Of a stretch of DNA of 41,118 bases, positions 26,658 to 35,507 are shown piece by piece. Position numbers and translations under genes: made by a program. Origin of the DNA: Dehalococcoidia bacterium. Lineage in GTDB: Bacteria; Chloroflexota; Dehalococcoidia; DSTF01; RBG-16-68-14. The DNA is taken from NCBI GenBank assembly GCA_040882355.1, contig JBBEBM010000013.1:1-41118 (forward strand), in the 5' to 3' direction. The notes below the pieces were generated by a model. That model searched no databases and had not been told where the DNA came from. It worked only from the letters and a program-made list of their open reading frames with translations. Numbering within the stretch: position 1 is the stretch's first letter; each line of letters starts with the position of its first letter.

Positions 26658-28208
26658 TCAGCAGCAGTCGATCACGCCGACCACCCACTCGGCGTCGGCC
26701 AGGACGGGCGGCAGGCGGAAGAAGCCCTCGCCAGGGCGGTACATGACAGGGCTCCCTCCTTCGAGACGGTTTAGGAGGATGCCCGATCCGTCCGGAAGCC
26801 AATCGACGATGTGTGCGCGCTCGACGAGAAGGGGGCTCCGATCTTGAACGTCGCGCTCGTTCTCAAGGACGAGCACCCAGACGGACTGGGTTGCGACGTC
26901 CGCACTGTACGCTACCGCCAGGCGACCGTCCGTCGTCCACGCGCAACTTCGGGCGACCGGCCGCGCGGGAGTTTCCTCTGGAGATGGCAGGATATCTCTG
27001 ATGTCCGTAAGCAAGGCGGTCGTGGCATCGCCAACCAGAGTTCTTGCAGCACCATACGCCCAGTCTTCCGGAATACAGAATCGGCTGCCGTTCGCCGACC
27101 ATCCATCCAATGCACCTTCTCCCTGCGTTTCAACGACACGCGGCGGAGCTTCGAGCGGCCAGACCAGGACCGCCAGCGCTCCTTCCACAGGGTGTTTCGT
27201 TACAGCGAGTTGCGTGCCGGAAGGCGACCAGGAAGGCGTGCGGTACCAGACACAGGCAGGCCCATCAACGCAGTTTGTGCTGGTGTTATCCAGGAGCCGC
27301 GTAACGCTTCCCGACTGAAAGTCCACAAGCGCAAGCCCCTCGAGATCGGCGAAAGCCAGGTAATGGCCGTCCGGCGAAATGTCCGCGTCACTCACCGCCC
27401 AAGGGAAGTCGTTGGTTCGTCCTTCAAATCGAAACACCTCTTGGAAGCCGTTGCCGTCCATCCCCTCGCGGTAGACGATGAGCTGCCCCGTGCCGCCACT
27501 GGCGCCGTTGGGGGCTGGTTCAACATCGGTCTGCTGAAGATAGTAGATGTCGTAGTTGTTGTCGGCGCGGCGAACGGCGCCCGCGTACCCGGCGAAGTCG
27601 CCGATGTCGCTCGCGATTGCGGGCCGAGGCGGGCGCGCCTGGTGGCCAACCCACAAGCTACGATCCTTGATGTAGAGTGGCACACCGGAGAAAACTTCGA
27701 GCTGCGGCAGGGGATCGGGTGTGGCTGTGGGAGTCGCGGCTAGGCCGGGCGGCGACGAGAGGCCAACAGGCGAAGACAGGCCGTCATCAGCACGACCGCC
27801 TTCGCTGGTGACGAGTTCGTCGTTTCGGTCGCCGCCGCCACGGGCGAGCAGCACGCCGACCAGAGCGAGGCCGGCGACCAGGGCCACGATGAGTCCGCCA
27901 GCGAGACCCGCTGCCAGCGTGCTGGCCTTCGGCGTCGCTATGGCACTGCCGCGACGCCAGAGGAACGCGAGCGGCGCGAGGGCGCCCGCCCACCAGGGCG
28001 GCGGGTCGGGCCAGGCGGCGGCCTCGTAGCGATTGCGCACGCCGAGCTTGCCGATGATCTCGCCGACGTGGTAGCTGACGCCGGGCCGGCTGATGCCGAG
28101 GCGCTCGCCGATCTCGGCGTCCGTCAGGCCGAGGCGGAGCAGCGCCAGCACCTCGCGCTCGCGAGGCGTGAGCGCGGGGTGGGCGTTATAGCGCGATTCT
28201 CTCGCCAC
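26658..28208 (-). CDS. LuxR-type HTH, transmembrane segment and extracytoplasmic beta-propeller-like domain
   Basis: LTPREREVLALLRLGLTDAEIGERLGIS..VSYHV..IIGKLGVRNR, a hydrophobic helix (LAAGLAGGLIVALVAGLALVGVLL), then ISPDG, SWSPSG, WSANG and WLPDG repeats. Confidence 0.82.
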   Translation of the reverse strand: MARESRYNAHPALTPREREVLALLRLGLTDAEIGERLGISRPGVSYHVGEIIGKLGVRNRYEAAAWPDPPPWWAGALAPLAFLWRRGSAIATPKASTLAAGLAGGLIVALVAGLALVGVLLARGGGDRNDELVTSEGGRADDGLSSPVGLSSPPGLAATPTATPDPLPQLEVFSGVPLYIKDRSLWVGHQARPPRPAIASDIGDFAGYAGAVRRADNNYDIYYLQQTDVEPAPNGASGGTGQLIVYREGMDGNGFQEVFRFEGRTNDFPWAVSDADISPDGHYLAFADLEGLALVDFQSGSVTRLLDNTSTNCVDGPACVWYRTPSWSPSGTQLAVTKHPVEGALAVLVWPLEAPPRVVETQGEGALDGWSANGSRFCIPEDWAYGAARTLVGDATTALLTDIRDILPSPEETPARPVARSCAWTTDGRLAVAYSADVATQSVWVLVLENERDVQDRSPLLVERAHIVDWLPDGSGILLNRLEGGSPVMYRPGEGFFRLPPVLADAEWVVGVIDCC

Positions 28209-28285
28209 GGCGCTAACAGTCTACGCCCTCTGGAACGGCGTTGTCCCTATGAACAACCTGGGTAAAACCTTCATATTTCGACGTT

Positions 28286-29571
28286 TCAATTCCAAAGCGA
28301 CGGCTCGCTAGCGAATGACGCGAACACTGACACAGGAGCACCTCGCCACGTGCTGCGATCGAGAAGTTCCTCAATTGCATCGGCAAACGACTCTTCGCTG
28401 AGGAACTCCATCATGATCCTCCCCAACTCACCCCAGGGTATGTAGAAGGCGTGCTGGTACCGACCCCTCGACACGGCCAATGCGAACTCCTGCCTGGTGC
28501 CCGGAGTGAATGGCAACCGACCATCGTTTACCACTTCGACCTGCAGGTCTCTCCTCTTGAGGCAGCGGACGACGTTACCCCAGTTGAAATGGGAGACGAG
28601 CCAAATGGCGCCCACAATGAGATCTGCGCAGTCCCTTGCCGTGAGCGGAAAGACTGAGTACGGAGCGAAGTTGGGGGCAAAGCTACTAAAGGACTTCAGG
28701 CTATGCCCGGTCATCGCCTGTCCCGACTGCTCGAATGGATTGTGCCGCGTAGGCTTGCGACCGTCCGCGAAGAGCCGGTCCATGCACCACACGTCAACGG
28801 CCAGGCAGTCGCTGAGTCGCTCGTTTGCGGCGCCGGTCTCCCGCGCGCGCCCTATTAGCTGCTCCACCGAGGGAAGATGAGTTCGAAGCGCCACGTTATG
28901 ACGGAGGATCGCAGAAGCGCCATATCGGGTGTGCCCCCAGCGATTGTTCAGAAACGTGGTAACATTGCTGAGCTTTCGCGACTGGCGCGCGGCCCGGCCA
29001 CTCTGGCTGGACCCCTTCCCGGCCTTTACCTCTACGATACTAACGTTCCCGTCTGGACTGACAGCGGTGAAGTCGCCATATCTGATGAAGTTGGTGATGT
29101 CGTTGATAACAACAAGGCTTCCGGTCTCTTCGGCACAGGCACCAGCGGCCTCCAACTCAGCCAAAGTGCCTTCTAGGTTCAATGCGCCTGTCTGTGCTTT
29201 TCTGGCCAGCACATCCATCGCCGCCCGATCATATCTCAATGTCCTCCACGCGATTCCGTCGGCGATGGCCTTGATCGTGTGCTCGAGGCGCTTGGCGACT
29301 GCTATCAGGGCATCGAGTCAACCGGAATATCTTCCTCCCGCTTTGCCAGCCGGGCGCGGTCGTCCCTCAAAGTGCGCTTAGACTCCTGCACTGCTCGGAG
29401 TTCGCTGGCCATTTTTACCTGTAGGAACACCAGCGGAACGGGTTGCTCCTTCAGGTCGCGGCTTGCGGCCATGAAGGACCCTATCAGCGGCCAGTGCTTC
29501 CGGTACTGCTCGTTCGCGAGGACCTTTGCAAGATTGCGGTCGTCAGGCAAGGTGGCATTGCTCAGGTTCAT
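28286..29571 (-). pseudogene. Hypothetical protein with a possible PD-(D/E)XK motif, split by an apparent frameshift at ~29305-29320
   Basis: The 88-aa ORF (29571-29305) overlaps an open frame reading LDALIAVAKRLEHTIKAIADGIAWRTLRYDR into the 317-aa ORF. NDITNFIRYGDF...VEVKAG motif. Lower GC than its neighbours. Confidence 0.55.
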
Positions 29572-29654
29572 TGCTGTGTGCCTCTAGAATAGCACAGGAG
29601 TTCCCTTTTGCAAGGGCCTGAGCGGCCAACGCGGCATTTGCTATCCTGCTTTCG

Positions 29655-30881
29655 ATGACGCAGGCAACGCCCGAAGCGCCGTACGCGCCCGCCCCGCCGA
29701 CCCACGACGCGATGGTCGTCGTGCGGCTGGGCGAGGTGACGCTGAAGAAGAAGAACCGACCGTTTTTCATCAAGCACCTCGCGCGCAACATCCGCCGCGC
29801 CACCGGCGGGCTGGACGTGCGCGACGTCTCGTGGGGGCCGAACCGCGTGCTGATCACGCCCGGCCCGTCGCTCGACTGGCCGGAGCTGCGGATGAGGCTG
29901 GCGCGGGTCTTTGGCGTGCAGAACTTCTCGCTCTGCGAGCCGCTGCCGTGGGACGTCGACGCCATCCGGGACGCGCTGCTGGCAGAGGCGGCGCGTCGCT
30001 CGTTCGAGAGCTTTCGGATCACGGTGCAGCGCAGCGACAAGCGCTTTCCCGGCACGTCGGCGGACCTGGAACGAACGCTCGGCGCGGCGGTCAAGGCCGC
30101 TTCCGGCGCGCGCGTCGACCTGGAGCGCCCGGGCGAGAACTTCCAGGTCGAGATCATGCCAAGCGCCGCCTACCTCCACACCGAGCGCATCGAAGGGCCC
30201 GGCGGGCTGCCGATCGGCACCGGCGGCCGCGTCGTCGCGATGCTCTCCGGCGGCATCGACTCACCCGTCGCGGCGTGGCGCGTGATGAGCCGCGGCTGTT
30301 CGGTAAGCTTCGTCCACTTCCAGTCGTTCCCCTACCTGGACGCGTCGTCGCGCGACAAAGCGATCGCGCTCGTACGCCACCTGACGATGTGGCAGTACCG
30401 GAGCCGGCTGCACGTCGTCTCGTTCGGCGACGTGCAGCACCAGATCGTCGCGTCGTGCACGCCGCCGCTGCGCGTCGTGCTCTACCGGCGTTTCATGCTG
30501 CGCATCGCCGAAGCAATCGCGGAACGCGAACGCGCCGAAGCGCTGGTGACCGGCGAGAGTCTGGGGCAGGTCTCGTCGCAGACGCTCTCGAACCTAGTGA
30601 CGATCGACCGGGCGACGACGATGCCCGTGCTGCGACCGCTGATCGGGCGCGACAAGGAAGAGATCATCATCGAAGCGCGCGCGCTTGGCACGTACGAGAC
30701 CTCGATCGAGCCGGACCAGGACTGCTGCACGCTCTTCGTGCCGCGCAGTCCCGCCACGCACAGCAGCATCGCTCAGATCGAAGAGGCGGAGGGCGCGCTC
30801 GACGTCTCCGCGCTGGTGGCGCAGGCGCTCTCGAACATCGAGACGATCGAGTTCGCGTGGCCGGACGAGCAACACAGCTAG
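29655..30881 (+). CDS. thiI: tRNA 4-thiouridine synthase ThiI (THUMP and PP-loop domains, no rhodanese domain)
   Basis: GEVTLKKKNR, GPGGLPIGTGG, LSGGIDSPVA, TGESLGQVSSQTL, RPLIG.DKEEI, DCC. Confidence 0.93.
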   Translation: MTQATPEAPYAPAPPTHDAMVVVRLGEVTLKKKNRPFFIKHLARNIRRATGGLDVRDVSWGPNRVLITPGPSLDWPELRMRLARVFGVQNFSLCEPLPWDVDAIRDALLAEAARRSFESFRITVQRSDKRFPGTSADLERTLGAAVKAASGARVDLERPGENFQVEIMPSAAYLHTERIEGPGGLPIGTGGRVVAMLSGGIDSPVAAWRVMSRGCSVSFVHFQSFPYLDASSRDKAIALVRHLTMWQYRSRLHVVSFGDVQHQIVASCTPPLRVVLYRRFMLRIAEAIAERERAEALVTGESLGQVSSQTLSNLVTIDRATTMPVLRPLIGRDKEEIIIEARALGTYETSIEPDQDCCTLFVPRSPATHSSIAQIEEAEGALDVSALVAQALSNIETIEFAWPDEQHS

Positions 30882-30885
30882 GACG

Positions 30886-31887
30886 ATGAAGGCCGGCGCC
30901 GCGACAGGCCTGATCGCGCCCGAGGTGGTCGCGGCGTACCCGGTCGCCCAGTTGACGATCCTTCAGGAGTTGGAGGGCTTCCGGAACGAGAACTGGCTGG
31001 TCGAAGACGAGCGCGGGCATCGCTACGTGCTGCGGCGGAACGTGCAGCACACGAGCCCGGAGCGGATCGAGTTCCAGGCGCGGTTCCAGCAGCACTTGCT
31101 GAGCCACGGCTTCCCGGTCGCCCGGATCATCGAGACGCGCGCAGGCGAGCCGTTCGCCGTCGATGGGGACGGCTTCCTCTGGACGCTGTTCGAGTACGTC
31201 GACGGCCAGGAGTACGACTTCGCCCGCCGCGAGCAGGTCGTTGAGGCGGCACGACGGCTGGCGGAGTTCCACGTCATCGCCGAGACCTTCCCCGGCGAAG
31301 GAGTGGCGCTGCGGTATCAGCAGCCGATCAGGGAGTGGTGGGCAACGGCCGCTGAGAACCAGGCGCAGCTCGAGGAGATGTATGCGGGCCAGGGAGTTGA
31401 GGACGAGCTTGGCCATCTGCGAGAACGCTGGCGGCAGTTGCTCGCCGAGTGGCCGCTGGCGCGCGTGGACGCTCTGCCGGTGGGGTGGGTACACGGCGAC
31501 TACCACGGACGCAACGTCGTCTTCGCGGGCGACGGCATCCGCGCCGTGTTCGACTTCGACGACATGGAACGCGGGCCGATCATCTACGACGTCGCGATCG
31601 CCGCCCAGCGGTTCGGACGCGAGGGGCGCGGCCTGGTGAGCATCCGGCCCGAGGTAGGAAGGCTCTTCGTCCGCGAGTATTCACGCGTTCGCACGCTCAC
31701 CGACGAGGAGCGCGAGGCGCTCCCGACGATGGTCTCGATCAGCTTTCCGCCCAACGCTGCCTACCACCGTTATTGCCGGGAGCATCGAGGCGAGGACATC
31801 GTCGCGCGGCTGCGGCTGGAGGTCATGATCATGCGAACCCTGGAGGCTGAGGTGGATCGCATCTGGCCGACGCTGCGCGATGCCTGA
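30886..31887 (+). CDS. APH/homoserine-kinase type II family phosphotransferase
   Basis: EGFRNENW, YVLRR, VHGDYHGRNVVF and FDFDD kinase motifs. Confidence 0.82.
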   Translation: MKAGAATGLIAPEVVAAYPVAQLTILQELEGFRNENWLVEDERGHRYVLRRNVQHTSPERIEFQARFQQHLLSHGFPVARIIETRAGEPFAVDGDGFLWTLFEYVDGQEYDFARREQVVEAARRLAEFHVIAETFPGEGVALRYQQPIREWWATAAENQAQLEEMYAGQGVEDELGHLRERWRQLLAEWPLARVDALPVGWVHGDYHGRNVVFAGDGIRAVFDFDDMERGPIIYDVAIAAQRFGREGRGLVSIRPEVGRLFVREYSRVRTLTDEEREALPTMVSISFPPNAAYHRYCREHRGEDIVARLRLEVMIMRTLEAEVDRIWPTLRDA

Positions 31888-32314
31888 GGCGCGTCGAGCG
31901 ATCGCGGTCGTCGTGCGGCGGGAGGATGGCCGGGTGCTCGCCGTGCGACGGCCGAACGAGCCCGGCGAGGAGCTGCCGGGCGTGTGGGGCTTGCCCGCGA
32001 CGACGCTGGGCGGGGGCGAGTCGCACGAGGACGCCGTGCGCCGCGTCGGGCGCGAGAAGCTCGGCGTCGAGCTGACGCCGGTTCGGGCGCTGACCGAGGG
32101 CGAGCAGCAGCGCCCTGACTACACGCTCCACATGACGGTCTACGAAGCCTCGATGGCGGGCGAGCCGTCCGCCTCAGGCGGACCGTCACGCACCGCTGAC
32201 GCGTCCTCTACGCTGTACGACGGGCTCGATTGGCTGCCGGACGCGGCGTTCCAGGAGGCGGCGGACGCGGGTTCGCTGTGCTGCGCGCTGTTCGTGGCCC
32301 TCACCGACGGCTGA
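31880..32314 (+). CDS. NUDIX hydrolase
   Basis: WGLPATTLGGGESHEDAVRRVGREKLGV, a degenerate Nudix box. Confidence 0.75.
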   Translation: MPEARRAIAVVVRREDGRVLAVRRPNEPGEELPGVWGLPATTLGGGESHEDAVRRVGREKLGVELTPVRALTEGEQQRPDYTLHMTVYEASMAGEPSASGGPSRTADASSTLYDGLDWLPDAAFQEAADAGSLCCALFVALTDG

Positions 32315-32339
32315 ATCGGCGTGAGGGCCGACGGCGACT

Positions 32340-32397
32340 CGTAGCTGCAGGGCTTTAGCCCTGCCCTTCCCTGCAGACCTAAAGGCCTGCAGCTACG
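32340..32397. repeat. GTAG-type REP doublet (REPIN-like inverted pair)
   Basis: CGTAGCTGCAGGGCTTTAGCCCTGC...GCAGACCTAAAGGCCTGCAGCTACG, lying between convergent genes. Confidence 0.7.
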
Positions 32398-32459
32398 CAC
32401 ATCAGCGCCGTGAGCGCCGGACCGAGCTAGAGCTGTGTCCCTACAGCTCGCTTCGAGCC

Positions 32460-32879
32460 CTACGCGGTGGCGGGCGCCTCGACGACGCCGAGCTGCCGCA
32501 TCATGTGCAGCATGTCCATGTACTCGCGCTCGGCCACGATCTGGCCGTCCCTGACCTCGACCACGTCGCAGACCGGCATCGTCACCTTGCGGCCGGTAGG
32601 CGGGACATCCATGAAGTTGCCCGTCTGCGTCCCGGTGCCTGTGAACTCGGCCACGACAACGTTGCCCGCGCTGTGCATGCGAGTGACCTCGATCTTGGCG
32701 TCGGGCATGGCGGTCGCGAACATCTGCGCCACGGCGAGGCCGGCGTCTGGCCCGCGCTGAACCACGCCGTCACCACCGGTGTACGTGAAGTCCGATGAAA
32801 GCATGGAGCGCATCTTGTCCCAGTCACGGTTGTTGAATGCTTCGAAGAACTCCTTGACGATCGTAGCTGCGTCTGACAT
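32460..32879 (-). CDS. SnoaL-like / ester cyclase (NTF2-like) protein
   Basis: FNNRDWD, AMPD, GTQTGNFMDVPPTGRKV, DGQIVAEREYMD..MMRQLG. RBS AAGGA. Confidence 0.88.
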   Translation of the reverse strand: MSDAATIVKEFFEAFNNRDWDKMRSMLSSDFTYTGGDGVVQRGPDAGLAVAQMFATAMPDAKIEVTRMHSAGNVVVAEFTGTGTQTGNFMDVPPTGRKVTMPVCDVVEVRDGQIVAEREYMDMLHMMRQLGVVEAPATA

Positions 32880-33147
32880 CGTTCGATTCCTTTCTGGCTA
32901 CGTGAACGTTTGGCTTGGGAACCCACCGTAGCTCCGATGGGGTCGGTGGTCAAGCGGAAGGCTCGTGGCTGTCCGCGTCGAGCAATGAGACAGCGGCGCT
33001 GTGGTTGGCGCCGGACAGAGCTTCCGCCAGAGGCGGACCCGCCTGCGGCGGGAAAGCTCTGTCCCTACGGGTGCCCGTTCACTCGCTCGCTGCGGCTCCC
33101 TTTCGGCCCTCGGTACGAGCAACGAGCGACCAGCGACTAGCAACTGC

Positions 33148-34164
33148 CTACGCTGCCTGCAGCTCCTTGATCATCTGCTTCAGGCGCTCTTCGTCTTCGG
33201 GCGAGCGGACGGGGATCTGGAAGCTGACGCGGTCGATGATGCCGGCGCACTTCGCCTTGATCTTCGGGACGATCTCGTCGTAGGTGCCGATGACGGCGAA
33301 CTCCTCGAGCATGTCGTCGGTGATGCCGTTGGCCATCTCCTGCCACTTGCCCTCGATCGACATGGCGAAGAGCTCCTGGTTTACGTCGCCCCAGCCCTGG
33401 ACGTCGAGCACGGGCTTGTAGGTGCGCGTCGAAGCGTAGAACGAGAGCTGCTGGCGTACCGGCGCCTTCGCCTTCTCGACCTCCTCCTCCGTCTTGCCGG
33501 TGATCACGAAGCCCTGGCCACAGACCTCGACCTCCTTGGCGTCGCGGCCCGCCTTCTTCGCGCCCGCCTCGATGTTCGGCATGATCACCTCGCGCAGGTA
33601 CTTCGGCGTGTTGAACGGATGCAGCTTGATGCCGTCGCAGAGCTTGCCGACGAGGCGGCAGTTGTACGGGTTGATCGCAGAGATGTGGACCGGGATCTTC
33701 GGATGGTCGATGGGGGCCGCGTTGAAGAAGGGGGACGTGAGGGTGTACCGGTAGTACTCACCCTCGAACGACGGTCGCGTGCCGTTCTGCCACGAGTCCC
33801 AGATGGCGCGCATCATCAGGATGTAGTCGCGCATGCGCGGGCCGGGCGGGTGCCAGTCCATGCCGTAGCGGCGCACGATGTGCCCCTTCACCTGGGTGCC
33901 CAGCCCGATGTGGAAGCGCCCCTTCGAGTACTTCTGCAGGTCCCAGGCGACCTGCGCCGTGGCCATCGGGCTGCGCGGGAAAGCGATCGCGACCGCCGTG
34001 CCGAGCTGGATGCGCTCCGTGTGCTCAGCAGCGATGGCATGCGCCAGGAACGGGTCGTGGCCGGTCTCAGGCGTGAGCGCGCCGTCGTATCCGAGCGCCT
34101 CGATGCGTTTCGCCGCGTCCGCCACCAGCGCGAGGTCGAGCGGCAGGACGGTATCGACTTTCAT
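33148..34164 (-). CDS. LLM-class, probably F420-dependent oxidoreductase (resembles the TIGR03617 family)
   Basis: PETGHDPFL, LGTAVAIAFPRSPM, GRFHIGLGTQVKGHI.RRYG, FYASTRTY. ATG 34164 follows GAGGAGG. Confidence 0.88.
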   Translation of the reverse strand: MKVDTVLPLDLALVADAAKRIEALGYDGALTPETGHDPFLAHAIAAEHTERIQLGTAVAIAFPRSPMATAQVAWDLQKYSKGRFHIGLGTQVKGHIVRRYGMDWHPPGPRMRDYILMMRAIWDSWQNGTRPSFEGEYYRYTLTSPFFNAAPIDHPKIPVHISAINPYNCRLVGKLCDGIKLHPFNTPKYLREVIMPNIEAGAKKAGRDAKEVEVCGQGFVITGKTEEEVEKAKAPVRQQLSFYASTRTYKPVLDVQGWGDVNQELFAMSIEGKWQEMANGITDDMLEEFAVIGTYDEIVPKIKAKCAGIIDRVSFQIPVRSPEDEERLKQMIKELQAA

Positions 34165-34353
34165 GGAATCCTCCTCATGGGCGGGAACAAGGAACGAGGA
34201 ACAAGACCCCCACCCCACCCTTCGTTTCGTGGTCCCTTTGGCGATTGCCGCAAAAGCATACGACGGATGGGAACTCGCGGGCAAGACAAGCTGAATATAG
34301 GGGCCCAGTCGGACGATGATAGAGATAGGCCCCTACGTAGGGCCTCCAACCCT

Positions 34354-35385
34354 ATGAACGTCTTGCACACTCGGTCCCGACCCCGCATGAGGCTGGCGCT
34401 CGCCGTCGCGACTCTGCTCCCGCTGCTGCTGCTGGCGCTGCTCGTCTCGAACCTGCGCGCCGACGCAGCGCGAGCAGTCGCCGTCCCGACCACCGACGGC
34501 GCCATGGCCGTCGATTGCGACGCGGGCCAGCCCGGCGTTCAGGACACCTGCGCCTACAGCCAGGGTGCGGAGTTCGAGGTCCAGGTCCACATCGTTGCGG
34601 CGCCCGCAGCCGGTCACTTCGGCCTGCAGGCGAAGCTGCGCTGGCCGGACGGCACGCTCAACTATCAGCCCGCTGCGAGCGCCGCGGACGAGAAGGTCTG
34701 GGCCGGCTGCACGATCCCAACCCGGAACATCAACGAGCCCGCGGACCCGTCCCTGGTCTACGGTTGCCTGCCGTTCCCGCTGCCGATCGAAGGCATCACC
34801 GAGACGGGCGCCATCCTCCAGTTCGCCTTCCAGTGCGACGCCGCGGCGAGCGCCCCCTCCGGGCCTAACCTGCTGCTGGTCCCACGCGCGGGCGACGCTC
34901 AGTTCGGGGCGCACTTCCTCGACCAGTTCTTCTCGCCCATCGACCCGGCGCTGACGCCGGCGACGGTCGACTGCTCGGCGCCCGTCCCGCCGGACCCCGA
35001 TCCAGACGGCGACGGTTGCCTGAGCACGCTGGAGTTGGGCATCGATCCGCTCTTCGGTGGCGGGCGCGACCCGAACAACTTCTGGGACTTCTTCGACACG
35101 CCTGACGACGCGAACGCTCGCGACCAAGCGGTGGCCTCCGGCGACCTGGCACGTGTGGTGCAACGTTTCGGCTCGAGCGATTCGGGCGCGGGCAACTTCG
35201 ACCGAACCAGCGACCCGCTCTCCGGACCCGACCAGCCCGTCGCTCCGCCGGGGGCGCGCGCCAACTATCACCCCGCCTTCGACCGCAGCCCCGACCCGCC
35301 GGACCTCTCCGGCCCGGCTGATGGCGTCATCGCCACCGGCGACATCGCTTTGATCGTCGCGCAGTTCGGGCATAGCTGCGCGTAG
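34354..35385 (+). CDS. Secreted protein: one Cys-rich domain (DGAMAVDCD...) and conserved FWDFFD...FGHSCA tail
   Basis: Hydrophobic signal LALAVATLLPLLLLALLV. The domain is homologous to both repeats of the downstream gene. The start is ATG 34354 or 34387; the ORF-track extension to 33001 overlaps the LLM gene and is spurious. Confidence 0.85.
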   Translation: MNVLHTRSRPRMRLALAVATLLPLLLLALLVSNLRADAARAVAVPTTDGAMAVDCDAGQPGVQDTCAYSQGAEFEVQVHIVAAPAAGHFGLQAKLRWPDGTLNYQPAASAADEKVWAGCTIPTRNINEPADPSLVYGCLPFPLPIEGITETGAILQFAFQCDAAASAPSGPNLLLVPRAGDAQFGAHFLDQFFSPIDPALTPATVDCSAPVPPDPDPDGDGCLSTLELGIDPLFGGGRDPNNFWDFFDTPDDANARDQAVASGDLARVVQRFGSSDSGAGNFDRTSDPLSGPDQPVAPPGARANYHPAFDRSPDPPDLSGPADGVIATGDIALIVAQFGHSCA

Positions 35386-35446
35386 CGGCACGAGCTAGCT
35401 CCTCGAACAGCAGCAGGCTCCCGGCTCACAGTCAGGTTGCCAGACC

Positions 35447-35476
35447 TTGACGGGCCTCGAGCCACGGTGGTACAAC
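35447..35476 (+). promoter_or_regulatory. Putative sigma70-type promoter
   Basis: TTGACG, 18-bp spacer, TGgTACAAC. Confidence 0.45.
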
Positions 35477-35507
35477 CGTGCCACTTGGTGATTGGCTGTC
35501 GATTCGC

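Noticed and set aside
33001..34353. 5' extension of the 794-aa ORF-track entry
   Set aside because: It is antisense to the LLM oxidoreductase. The real protein starts at the signal peptide near 34354/34387.
28245..34359. Shared 10-mer CCCTATGAAC upstream of the LuxR-TM gene and at the start of the 34354 gene
   Set aside because: A single 10-bp match within 41 kb can arise by chance, and there is no further support for an operator.
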